Assembly: GCA_964347035.1 (NCBI GenBank)
Contig: CAYFXE010000006.1
Span: 30,096 to 85,612, forward strand
Origin: an uncultured Eubacteriales bacterium
GTDB lineage: Bacteria > Acidobacteriota > Aminicenantia > Aminicenantales > Aminicenantaceae
Reading direction: 5' to 3'
Length of the DNA stretch: 55,517 bases
The notes below the pieces were generated by a model. The model ran no database searches, was not told where the DNA came from, and saw only the letters and a list, made by a program, of their open reading frames with translations. The translations under genes and the position numbers were made by a program. Below, piece after piece: positions 44,584 to 53,384 of the stretch; the stretch's first letter is position 1, and each line of letters opens with the position of its first letter.

Positions 44584-45312
44584 ATGGAATTTCCGCTGGA
44601 CATGATTAGTTCCTTATTGGCCTTTTTGATCGCCACCACAGGTTCCATTCTTCAGGGTTCGGTGGGTTTCGGCCTAGGCCTTGTCTGTGTCCCTTTGCTG
44701 GTTCTTCTCGACCCTGTTTTCATCCCCGGGCCACTTCTTTTAGCTGCTTTGTTGCTTAATATACTGATTTCTAATCGAGAAATCAGGTCTGTCGATAAAG
44801 CAGGCTTCCTCTGGGCTATTCCCGGGCGCATTGTCGGGGCTGCTCTTGGAGCCGGTTTGCTGATCTTAATCCCTCGTGAAAACCTTTCCTTATTATTTGG
44901 AGCCATGGTTTTGCTGGCCGTGCTCATCAGCCTAGCTGGAGTTCATCTCTCCCCTAGTCCCATGAACCTTCTCGGATCAGGAACTATTTCAGGACTTATG
45001 GGAACCACATCATCTATCGGAGGCCCTCCGTTGGCTCTGGTCTATCAAAAACAGGAGGGGCCACGCATAAGAGGAACACTGGCAGTTATATTTATATTTG
45101 GTGCCATCATATCAATTATATCCCTCGCCCTCATCGGCCGTTTTGGTCTAAGAGAAATCCAGGCCGGACTGCTCCTGTTCCCGGGCATTATACTCGGATT
45201 TCTTCTTTCCAGCCGCTTAGCCAGAATTCTTGATCGAGGATTTACCCGGTTGGCTGTCCTTATCACTTCCTCGATTTCGGGAATAATCGTAATCATACTA
45301 AATGTCTTATAA
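44584..45312 (+). CDS. TSUP (TauE/SafE) family anion-exporter membrane protein
   Basis: It is a polytopic Gly-rich membrane protein ('GSILQGSVGFGLGLVCVPLL', 'GGPPLALVY'). The track ORF starts at 44470, but its first 38 codons are non-membrane and cover the predicted promoter. Confidence 0.75.
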   Translation: MEFPLDMISSLLAFLIATTGSILQGSVGFGLGLVCVPLLVLLDPVFIPGPLLLAALLLNILISNREIRSVDKAGFLWAIPGRIVGAALGAGLLILIPRENLSLLFGAMVLLAVLISLAGVHLSPSPMNLLGSGTISGLMGTTSSIGGPPLALVYQKQEGPRIRGTLAVIFIFGAIISIISLALIGRFGLREIQAGLLLFPGIILGFLLSSRLARILDRGFTRLAVLITSSISGIIVIILNVL

Positions 45313-45445
45313 CCCTGGAAAATTGGAAATCCGTCATGTAAGCATCTTTTTTTCCTTGATGGAAGGTTAGGTATATGTATTTGGGAATGGATTTGCTCCC
45401 CTTCAGATTTTTAACGCCATTCTCCCTTCGTCCTTCTCGGCTGCT

Positions 45446-45530
45446 GCTGGGGTCAGGCCTTGTCGTCCGGAAGCGCTGTATCTCTGCCTTAACTCGAGTA
45501 CAAAACCTTGGGATAAGGCCTGACCCCAGC
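45446..45530. repeat. 85-nt hairpin element, copy B (partner at 11842-11930, opposite orientation)
   Basis: The outer stem is gctggggtcaggcctt ... aaggcctgaccccagc. The interior gtcgtccggaagcgctgtatctctgccttaactcgagtacaaaaccttggga is about 85% identical to the reverse complement of copy A. Confidence 0.8.
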
Positions 45531-45846
45531 TCAGACATACTCGCAGGTCGACTTCGTCGACTACCCTCGAAGGCCGAAATCCGAAGGCTGGGTTAGGTTG
45601 GGTCGGGGTCTTCAATGGTCGCTTCATCCATCCCCAAATACCTTCCTATCACGGTTTTGGGGATGCTTCCATCCGTCATTCAGCCACACTGTAATTCCAT
45701 AAGTCAGTTAACAACGATATCTCTTTCTGGGCAGATCTACTGACCAACTTCATCACTGTTGAGGCCAATCCCTTTTTTCGCTGTCAACCTTCTTCTAAAA
45801 ATCTTGTATATATTGATGAACTCAATTTCATCATGAGGAGGAATCT

Positions 45847-46857
45847 ATGAAAAAAGCGTTGATTGCATTTCCCGTCATCATCTGCTTTTGTTCAGCCATC
45901 ATCTTATCCAGCGCAGAATTAAAAGGCACATGGAAAGCCGAACTCGAGGACGATTGTGTCCAGATGCGGATGCGTATGCGAAAAGATAAAGGATTCAAGG
46001 ACGATTGGAACTTCGGTCAGACATTCAAGACGAACGATTTCACCGGTCTTGTCTGGGGAGAAAGCGGATCCTTTAGACTAATTCGTGAAGCTGGAACGAT
46101 CGAGTTCACAGGAAAATTTGACGGCGATAGAGCTTCTGGCACCTTCACTTTCGTCCCTAATGCTGAGTTTGGAAACGATCTTGAGAAGAAAGGCTTTGAT
46201 GGTGTGACAGAGAATAAGATGCTGACTCTCTGTCTGACGGATTTGAACAAACAGTATATCGAGGAGGTCTTTAAACTGGGCTATTCAGATATTTCCCTAT
46301 CAAAGCTTATCTCCTTTGCTATTCATGATGTCACCGTTGACTTCATCAAAGACCTCCATGCCTTGGGACATGAAAATATTAGCTCTTCTCATTTGATCAG
46401 CTTCGCCATTCATGATGTCGACCCAGACTATATCCAGAACCTCCAGAAACAGGGCTACAAGAATCTTTCTCCTGAAAAGCTCATTTCCTTCGCTGTGCAT
46501 GATGTGACTGTGGATTACATAAAAGAATTGAACTCTCTCGGATTCTCTGACCTTGAGCCCTCGAGGCTTATCAGTTTCGCCGTTCACGATGTGAGCACAG
46601 ATTTTGTGAAAATCATTCGCAATTTGGGCTATAAAGACATTTCCCCCTCAAAAATCATTTCCTTCGCCATTCATGATGTGACGGCCAGCTATATTAAAGA
46701 CATTCACTCTCTCGGTTATAAAGACATTTCTTCAGAAGAGTTGATCAGCTTCCGGATTTATGACGTGGATAAGGAATTTATTGAACGTGTTCAGAAGAAA
46801 TGGGAGGAGAAGCTATCCCCTCGCAAAATCATAAGCTTGAAAATCCACGGTTTCTAA
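45847..46857 (+). CDS. Secreted protein with eight 29-aa 'LISFAIHDV' repeats (BlaR1/M56-associated sensor-repeat type)
   Basis: RBS is gaggagg and a signal peptide is present. The N-terminus carries 'FRLIREAGTIEFTGKFDGDRASGTFTFVPN'. The repeats have an exact 29-aa (87 bp) period: LGY.D(I/L)S...LISFA(I/V)HDV..D(F/Y)I(K/Q).L. Family resemblance is from memory. Confidence 0.7.
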   Translation: MKKALIAFPVIICFCSAIILSSAELKGTWKAELEDDCVQMRMRMRKDKGFKDDWNFGQTFKTNDFTGLVWGESGSFRLIREAGTIEFTGKFDGDRASGTFTFVPNAEFGNDLEKKGFDGVTENKMLTLCLTDLNKQYIEEVFKLGYSDISLSKLISFAIHDVTVDFIKDLHALGHENISSSHLISFAIHDVDPDYIQNLQKQGYKNLSPEKLISFAVHDVTVDYIKELNSLGFSDLEPSRLISFAVHDVSTDFVKIIRNLGYKDISPSKIISFAIHDVTASYIKDIHSLGYKDISSEELISFRIYDVDKEFIERVQKKWEEKLSPRKIISLKIHGF

Positions 46858-46905
46858 ATTATCGCGAGAAAGTAGCCTATCGGCGCTGAATAAACACCTT
46901 CAGCA

Positions 46906-48615
46906 TTATTTATCCCGTGCCGATTCGTCTGTCCGTCCGCCAAGATAAAGGCCGATCACCTTTGTCACTTCCCCGCTCTCCTCTATCACAAACCTGAGGC
47001 GAAAAACTCCATAATCTTCAAGCGCAAAGGTGTCTTGTGTTAAGGGGACAAGTTTGTACTCGGGTCTCCCATCTCGCTGGTAGTACAGCCTCCCCTCTTT
47101 CAGGCGCACATGCCGCGGGCCATAATCCCCGGCATATTTTGCGAGCAATGCCTTCTCCACGTTAACCGGATTCTCTTCTGCCTCTATCAAGTCCTTGACC
47201 CAGGGAATAGAATTTTTAGCTAATGAATTCTTTGGATCTAATTCTAAAGTCTTTTCTAGATATTCAAGTGATCCCATGTAGCGTCCCGTATCAAAATAAA
47301 GCCTGCCAAGTCCTGCCCAGGCGATAACTTCCATCGGGTCTCCTTCAATAATCCGTTTAAAAATCGCTTCTGCCTCATCATGTTTATCCCGCCCTGAGAG
47401 ATAACGGGCAATGCCGTTCAGATTTTCTGGCGTGAAGGCCTCAGGATACTGCTCTTTCATTTCCTCCAATTTCGCCAGCCCGGCTTTTGCTCCTTCTCCA
47501 AGGAATGCCTTCTCAACTGTCATAGAGGCAATCCTTTCTGGATCATCAATTCGCTGGTAAGTCAGCCAGCCGAAAGGATACTGCCTCTCATCCAGAACAA
47601 GAGATATGATGTCCTCTACCACCGTGAACAGATTCTCGGAGTTGGCGAAAAAGACGAGACCTTCTCTTCTTTTCCTGTAGAAGACAGTATAGGCTCTGAG
47701 GTCGCCGTTATCTCCCCAATGCCAGAAACCATTCTCCTTTTTTCCTGGCTGAATCCCCCAGCCGAATCCCCAGGAGATATGCTCATCCAGTTTTTCGCGA
47801 TCTTCTCTCTTTCGCTTCGTCGCTTTGACATGCGAAGTCAGCATCTGATCGATGGTTTCTGGTTTCAGGACTTGGCTATTCATGATCGAGCACATAAAAG
47901 TCGCGTAATCTTTGGCTGTAGTAAGCAAGCTCGCTCCTCCGTTTGGATCAGTGTTTCTTCTTCTCTGGTTGGCGAATCCATGGCGATCATGACCAGTCGC
48001 CCCGCTTTCAGCATACAGGTCATTCCAGACATAACTGGAACGTCCCATTCCCAACGGTTCGAAGATCTCTTTCTCTACAAATTCCTGCAGAGACATTCCA
48101 GATAATTTCTCGATCGTCCTGCCCAAGTACAAAAAGCCTTCTCCCGAATAACCATAGAGTTTTCCTGGCTCCCTGATAAGAGTGTTTCCCCAGTTGGGAA
48201 GTCCGGTCGTATGGGTAAGGACATGTCTAGCGGTTATCTTTTTGTAGCGTTCATCCCCAGCCAGCTTCGGATAGGGAAGGTATTCGGCTAAAGGTGTGTC
48301 CAGATCGAGTTCTTCTCGTTCCACGAGTCTCAATGCGGCCACGGCTGTGACGGTTTTTGTAAGGGAGGCCGCCTCGAATATGGTGTCTTCATCCACTGGT
48401 TCGTTTGTCTTGCGGCTCCTCACTCCAAAGGCTCCAGACCAGTGAATCCCTCCATCCCGGATGACGGCGATAGACAAACCAGGGATGTCGGCTTTTTCCA
48501 TCAATTTTGGTATTTCCGTTTCTAGGGTAAACCCGAGATCCTGTTGTTCTTGGCAGGACAAGCCAGACAGAATCAAGAAAATCATTAAAATTAAACATAA
48601 ATGACACTGTTTCAT
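46906..48615 (-). CDS. Serine hydrolase (beta-lactamase fold) with TPR and a C-terminal beta domain
   Basis: It has the S-x-x-K motif 'ASLTKTV' and 'YSGEGF'. The TPR part reads 'GRYMGSLEYLEKTLELDPKN'. I place the start at 48615 (MKQCHLCLILMIF) because ggagg lies 5 nt upstream. Confidence 0.85.
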   Translation of the reverse strand: MKQCHLCLILMIFLILSGLSCQEQQDLGFTLETEIPKLMEKADIPGLSIAVIRDGGIHWSGAFGVRSRKTNEPVDEDTIFEAASLTKTVTAVAALRLVEREELDLDTPLAEYLPYPKLAGDERYKKITARHVLTHTTGLPNWGNTLIREPGKLYGYSGEGFLYLGRTIEKLSGMSLQEFVEKEIFEPLGMGRSSYVWNDLYAESGATGHDRHGFANQRRRNTDPNGGASLLTTAKDYATFMCSIMNSQVLKPETIDQMLTSHVKATKRKREDREKLDEHISWGFGWGIQPGKKENGFWHWGDNGDLRAYTVFYRKRREGLVFFANSENLFTVVEDIISLVLDERQYPFGWLTYQRIDDPERIASMTVEKAFLGEGAKAGLAKLEEMKEQYPEAFTPENLNGIARYLSGRDKHDEAEAIFKRIIEGDPMEVIAWAGLGRLYFDTGRYMGSLEYLEKTLELDPKNSLAKNSIPWVKDLIEAEENPVNVEKALLAKYAGDYGPRHVRLKEGRLYYQRDGRPEYKLVPLTQDTFALEDYGVFRLRFVIEESGEVTKVIGLYLGGRTDESARDK

Positions 48616-48776
48616 AGAAACCTCCATGCGGCGTATAGTCAATACATATAACTTTTCAATAATACATACGCAACAGGAAGGAAGAAGGTTGAAATTTTTT
48701 CTTGCTTCTCAGGATTTTCAGGAAAAAAATATTTTAAACAGGATAAAGCATCTCTGAGATTGAGGCGTATTATATA

Positions 48777-49343
48777 ATGATAAGCGATTCGATGAAAGAT
48801 CATGATCTTATTGAAAACTGCCTTCGAGGAAACGTAGGGTCTTATCGAGAACTGATGGTTAGGTACAAAGATTACGCAATGGCGGTTGCCCTGAATGTTC
48901 TGATGAACCACGAAGACGCCCAAGATGTCTGCCAGGAGGCTTTCCTTAAAGCCTTCCAGAATCTCGCTCAATTTGATCTCCAGAAGAGCTTTAAAAACTG
49001 GTTTTATGCACTGCTATTTCATAAATGTCTGGACCATCTGAGAAAAAGAAAGCGTTCTGCCAGTATGCTCAGTAAATTTCGAAAAGAACTGCCGGCTGAA
49101 AATGCTGTTCAACCAGAAACTCAATCCTCTTCTCACTCGATAGAATTTAAATTATTAAATCGCTTAAACCCGAGGGAAAGGATTTCCCTGTATCTCTGGT
49201 CCCAGGAGGGATATTCGGGTTCAGAGATTGCCTCTGTCTTGGGTTGCTCATACAAAACAGCCTATGTCTACTTATATAAAGCCCGGACAAAACTCAAAGC
49301 TTTGTTAAGGGAGAAAAACAATGGGACATTGTCAAAGAATTAA
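48777..49343 (+). CDS. ECF-type RNA polymerase sigma factor (module 3)
   Basis: Region 2 is 'DAQDVCQEAFLKAF' and region 4 is 'YSGSEIASVLGCSYKTAYVYLYKARTKL'. Confidence 0.9.
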   Translation: MISDSMKDHDLIENCLRGNVGSYRELMVRYKDYAMAVALNVLMNHEDAQDVCQEAFLKAFQNLAQFDLQKSFKNWFYALLFHKCLDHLRKRKRSASMLSKFRKELPAENAVQPETQSSSHSIEFKLLNRLNPRERISLYLWSQEGYSGSEIASVLGCSYKTAYVYLYKARTKLKALLREKNNGTLSKN

Positions 49344-49794
49344 AATTCTCTTCAAACTCATTCCCATAAAATCCTTACAATATTCCTTAATCCAGAACCA
49401 CATCTTGAAGTGTGACGCTTGCCAGAATGACCTGGCCGATATCGATGAGGCACGGTCGGCGACTATACCAAAAGACGAGCTAAAAGAAGTGAAGAATCTT
49501 TGGCCCCAGGTCTTAAAAGACCTTAAACACACAAAACAGAGGAAAAAAGTCATCCTCCATCCAGCCTGGCGCTGGGCATTGGGTTCTGCCGCCGCCTTAG
49601 CCCTGACTATGAGTATCATCTTTATCATGACCAGCTCTAACGAAAAAGGACATCTCAATGATATAGCCGTTAAGCTTACCATCGATTATATAAATCTCAA
49701 CGAAGAGCCTGCCCAGGCCATAATTTTTCAAACCCAGGATAACAGCAAAACATTTGTCTGGGTGGAAAAACTGAGCAAAGGAGACACGCCATGA
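49321..49794 (+). CDS. Anti-sigma factor (zf-HC2-like), single-pass membrane protein
   Basis: It overlaps the sigma gene by 23 nt. It has 'HILKCDACQNDL' and a TM helix 'WALGSAAALALTMSIIFIM'. Its stop overlaps the next start (ATGA). Confidence 0.8.
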   Translation: MGHCQRIKILFKLIPIKSLQYSLIQNHILKCDACQNDLADIDEARSATIPKDELKEVKNLWPQVLKDLKHTKQRKKVILHPAWRWALGSAAALALTMSIIFIMTSSNEKGHLNDIAVKLTIDYINLNEEPAQAIIFQTQDNSKTFVWVEKLSKGDTP

Positions 49795-50708
49795 AAAAGA
49801 AAAAGCTAATGTTTCAAGGGATTCTAATTCTTATCTATTCTTGTCTATCTCTTCAGGCCTCAACACAGGTCGAATTGAAGCTCCGGGTTTATGAGGGAGC
49901 CCGGCACGGAGCTCTCGCCTCTCACGAATTTATCACCTCTTCCTACATTCAGTCGACGATAACGGCCAACATACTGACCGCCTCTGAATTGAAGGCCGAA
50001 AAAGAACAGATTAAAAGAGTTTTTAACCTCCAGGATGTGAGTCTTCTGACTGAAGCCGATTTGATGATAGGAGTGGAAAGAGCCGCTATCCCAGCCGATT
50101 CTGTTCGTCATTTCTTCCGCTTGAACGGAAAAGCCTTTATGACTTATTTGCGGCTCCTGGAAGTGAAACCCGATTTCCGATTCCTCGTGCTCTTTAACGA
50201 AATGATCGGAGAAAAGCCGAAGAATGTACTGACGACGTCAATGATACTGCATGGAGGACACACCGCCATCTTCGGGTTCGAAGACCGGCAGGGAAAACCC
50301 TATTTTTGCGCCTTCCACGTGACAGGGCCTCCTGAGCTGCTTAAGCCGCCTCCTCCTCCGCCTCCCCCAGCGCCACCTGAGCCTCCAGAACTTAAGAAGA
50401 AACGCGCTGAGCTCGAAAAAGGCGCCATAAAAGCCTGGAACACCATCAATCCCCCTCGTCTCCTTAAGAAAGTCGATCCCGTCTACCCCGACGCAGCAAA
50501 GGAAAAAGGGCTCGAAGGCTATGTATCTCTAGCCGTCCGGACTGATGGAAAGGGCAACGTTAAGCAGATATTGATCATCAAAAGCTCCGACAAAATCTTC
50601 AATCATGCAGCCATCGAAGCCGTAAAACAGTGGAAATATGAACCTTATGTTGAAGACGGACAACCAAAGGAGCTTGTTTTTACTGTCTCTGTGAAGTTCA
50701 AACTCTGA
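49791..50708 (+). CDS. TonB C-terminal-domain protein with an unknown N-terminal domain and a poly-Pro linker
   Basis: It has a signal-like N-terminus, a linker 'KPPPPPPPPAPPEPPE', and a TonB_C part 'PPRLLKKVDPVYPDAAKEKGLEGYVSLAV...AAIEAVKQWKYEPY...VSVKFKL'. Confidence 0.8.
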   Translation: MKKKKLMFQGILILIYSCLSLQASTQVELKLRVYEGARHGALASHEFITSSYIQSTITANILTASELKAEKEQIKRVFNLQDVSLLTEADLMIGVERAAIPADSVRHFFRLNGKAFMTYLRLLEVKPDFRFLVLFNEMIGEKPKNVLTTSMILHGGHTAIFGFEDRQGKPYFCAFHVTGPPELLKPPPPPPPPAPPEPPELKKKRAELEKGAIKAWNTINPPRLLKKVDPVYPDAAKEKGLEGYVSLAVRTDGKGNVKQILIIKSSDKIFNHAAIEAVKQWKYEPYVEDGQPKELVFTVSVKFKL

Positions 50709-50721
50709 ACTTTATTACTTA

Positions 50722-52920
50722 TTACCGTGATACATCAACTTTGACAGAATGAGAGGGAAGGTCGCTATCTTTAAACCCCAACTGGGACAGTAAAAAGGAA
50801 AGCTCCATGGCTATGTCATCGATCATCTTCCTGAACGGCCTCCCCCGTCCTGCCGCATGTCCTGACTTAGGATCATACCGCAGGATAACCGGATAGCCGG
50901 AAGCCGTCGCTGCCTGTAAGCGGGCTGTCATCTTACGTGCCTGCAGCGGCGGCACTCTGGTATCGAGGTCACCCGAGGTGAGCATGACAGCCGGATACTT
51001 TGTGCCATCTTTAACATTCTGATAGGGCGAATAAGCACGGAGAAACTCAAACTGTTCGGGGATAGCTGCATTCCCGTACTCATGAAGGGCCGGAAGATTG
51101 TTGTTCTCCGTAAAGGTATAGAAGCGGACCATATCCAGATCAGGGAAGTCACACAGAACAGCTCGGAATAGGTCTGGCCTTTGAGTGAGCGCACTGGCCA
51201 CGAGAAGTCCGCCGTTACTCCCTCCGAAGATAGCTAATTTATCTTGATTGGTGTAGCCTTCCTTTATCAGCCATTCTCCAGCAGCGATAAAATCATCGAA
51301 GACGTTTTGTTTGTTTTCCAGCATTCCAGTTCGATGCCAGCGTTCGCCAAACTCGCTTCCCCCTCGGAGATTGGCTATCGCATAGACTCCTCCTAACTCT
51401 GCCCAGACGACCGCCCGGGCATTGAACCGGGGCATCAGGATGACGTTGAAACCACCGTACCCGTAGAGCAACGTAGGAATCTTGTTGTTGAGTTCGAGAT
51501 CATTACGGTGAACCAGATACATAGGGATACGCGTGCCGTCTTTGGAGGGATACCAGACCTGTTTAACATTTATTGCTCGGACATCGAAATCGACATCACG
51601 TTTTTTCCAAACCTCTCGCTCCCCGGTTTCTAGATCAAGCTCGTAGACAATCTCGGGAATCTTAAACGAGGTGAGGGTCAGAAGAGCTTTGCCTTTTCCG
51701 GCCCCTCGTATCCTGGCCGAATGAAAATCAGGAACCGGTATATCTCCAGCGGGAGTTCCGTCTAAATCGTAGATCTTTATTTGGGTGCTGACATTATGCG
51801 TGTAGGTCACATACAATTTTTCATTGATCAGGGAAAATCCCTGCATCACGTCTTCACTCTCGGGGATGACCTCCCGCCAGTTTTCTCTCGCCGGCTGCGA
51901 GAGGTTGACGGCAACAATCCGATTATTCGGAGCATCGAGGCTTGTCCGCATGTAGAGCTCATCTTTGAGAAATTGGGAATAAAATCGGGCCTCTGCGTCA
52001 TCGACAATAGTTTTGACCGGCCCGCCATTCTTGATATTCTGGAAATACACTTCTGTCCGCGACCACCCATGGCTGACGGTGTAGATCAAGTATTGTCCAT
52101 CGTTGACCATATCAACACCGATAAACTTGTCAGGCCCAATGCCCTCTCCGAAGATCTTTTTATCTTCGCTGATGTTCGTGCCCAAGGCATGATAATAAAG
52201 GCGAGCTCCTGTCTGACGCGAGCGGCGCACGTAGTAGAATCCCTGGTTATCCTTGTCGAAAAAGACTTCATCATACAGCGCATTAGGAAATTTGTCTGGC
52301 AGATCGTTCCCGGTCTTAACATCCAGGATTCGGAGCTCAACCTCATCTTGCCCTCCATCCCTGACGGAGTAAATCATCAATTTTCCCTCAGACGAGATGG
52401 ACCGGATGCTGACCTTTGTTGTCTGATCAGTACTCATAGGATGAGGATCAATCAACACTTCGTACTCGCCGGCAGGATCAATAGGCGTTTTTTTGTCATC
52501 GACAGGAATAGGCCTCTTGTAGATCACGGAGAGATCCTGACCCACACGCCGCATGGAAAAGAACTCATGGTCGCCCCGCCGGGTCGGCGAACTGACATCA
52601 TCTGCATCCATGAGCTGGCGAAGGCGTTCTTCGAGGTAGGCTCGAAGGTCTGATTCGGGTACGGTTAACTCTGCATGGGCATTCTGTTTTTCGATCCAGG
52701 CCCGGGTTTCTTGACTATTCTGGTTTTCTAACCAGCGGTACGGATCAATAAATTCTACTCCATGAATGACTTCTACGACTTCGTCCTTTTTCGTCTCGGG
52801 AGGAGGAGGATATCCGGTTGAGCAGGCAACAAACCCGATGGCCGCTGCGAGAAATAACGAAATAAATCCAGGCCATAAAAGTGACTTTTTTGATTCATGT
52901 GAATTTTGTGATTTTCTCAT
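50722..52920 (-). CDS. Prolyl oligopeptidase family serine peptidase (S9A), lipoprotein-like
   Basis: The catalytic Ser context is 'FGGSNGGLLV'. The N-terminal propeller region contains 'DPYRWLEN'. A lipobox-like 'GFVAC' is present. I prefer the ATG at 52920 because GGAG lies 8 nt upstream. Confidence 0.9.
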   Translation of the reverse strand: MRKSQNSHESKKSLLWPGFISLFLAAAIGFVACSTGYPPPPETKKDEVVEVIHGVEFIDPYRWLENQNSQETRAWIEKQNAHAELTVPESDLRAYLEERLRQLMDADDVSSPTRRGDHEFFSMRRVGQDLSVIYKRPIPVDDKKTPIDPAGEYEVLIDPHPMSTDQTTKVSIRSISSEGKLMIYSVRDGGQDEVELRILDVKTGNDLPDKFPNALYDEVFFDKDNQGFYYVRRSRQTGARLYYHALGTNISEDKKIFGEGIGPDKFIGVDMVNDGQYLIYTVSHGWSRTEVYFQNIKNGGPVKTIVDDAEARFYSQFLKDELYMRTSLDAPNNRIVAVNLSQPARENWREVIPESEDVMQGFSLINEKLYVTYTHNVSTQIKIYDLDGTPAGDIPVPDFHSARIRGAGKGKALLTLTSFKIPEIVYELDLETGEREVWKKRDVDFDVRAINVKQVWYPSKDGTRIPMYLVHRNDLELNNKIPTLLYGYGGFNVILMPRFNARAVVWAELGGVYAIANLRGGSEFGERWHRTGMLENKQNVFDDFIAAGEWLIKEGYTNQDKLAIFGGSNGGLLVASALTQRPDLFRAVLCDFPDLDMVRFYTFTENNNLPALHEYGNAAIPEQFEFLRAYSPYQNVKDGTKYPAVMLTSGDLDTRVPPLQARKMTARLQAATASGYPVILRYDPKSGHAAGRGRPFRKMIDDIAMELSFLLSQLGFKDSDLPSHSVKVDVSR

Positions 52921-53384
52921 CACCATATCTCCTTTTCTTTTTTTACCTGAACTAAATAGACAGTTGCATGTCTATTATGGATAGAGAATATCGTAAAAGA
53001 ATAGTAAGGACGATATGAGACTTTTTCATCGTTTCCCTCCCTGCCTCCTATCTCCTCTCCATTCTCTGTCAGTTTTGATCATGGCGAGATTATTCTTAAC
53101 GGAGAGTATATCATAGGTTCTTTCCACTGTCGTATTGCCTTTTTTTAGTGATTTCTTCACAGGAATGGACTTTCAGGCATCATGTGGTACATTTCAGCAC
53201 TGAAGAATCTCCGCATCACATTATTTTGTCTATAAAAAGAGATATACGTAGTGGGGAGAAGTCGTTTAAGTCAATAAGAAACCATGTTCTGCAAATCTAA
53301 AAGAGGATAATCTTAGGCTGACTTTACTTTGGGGGATATGGGTGATCTCAATTTTGATTAATCAAAATGATAAATATACGGAGA

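Noticed and set aside
45293-45627. Track ORFs 45293..45538(-), 45375..45596(+) and 45403..45627(-) as genes
   Set aside because: They overlap each other on both strands, have no RBS, and have odd composition. They also span the hairpin repeat and other palindromes. I treat them as non-coding.
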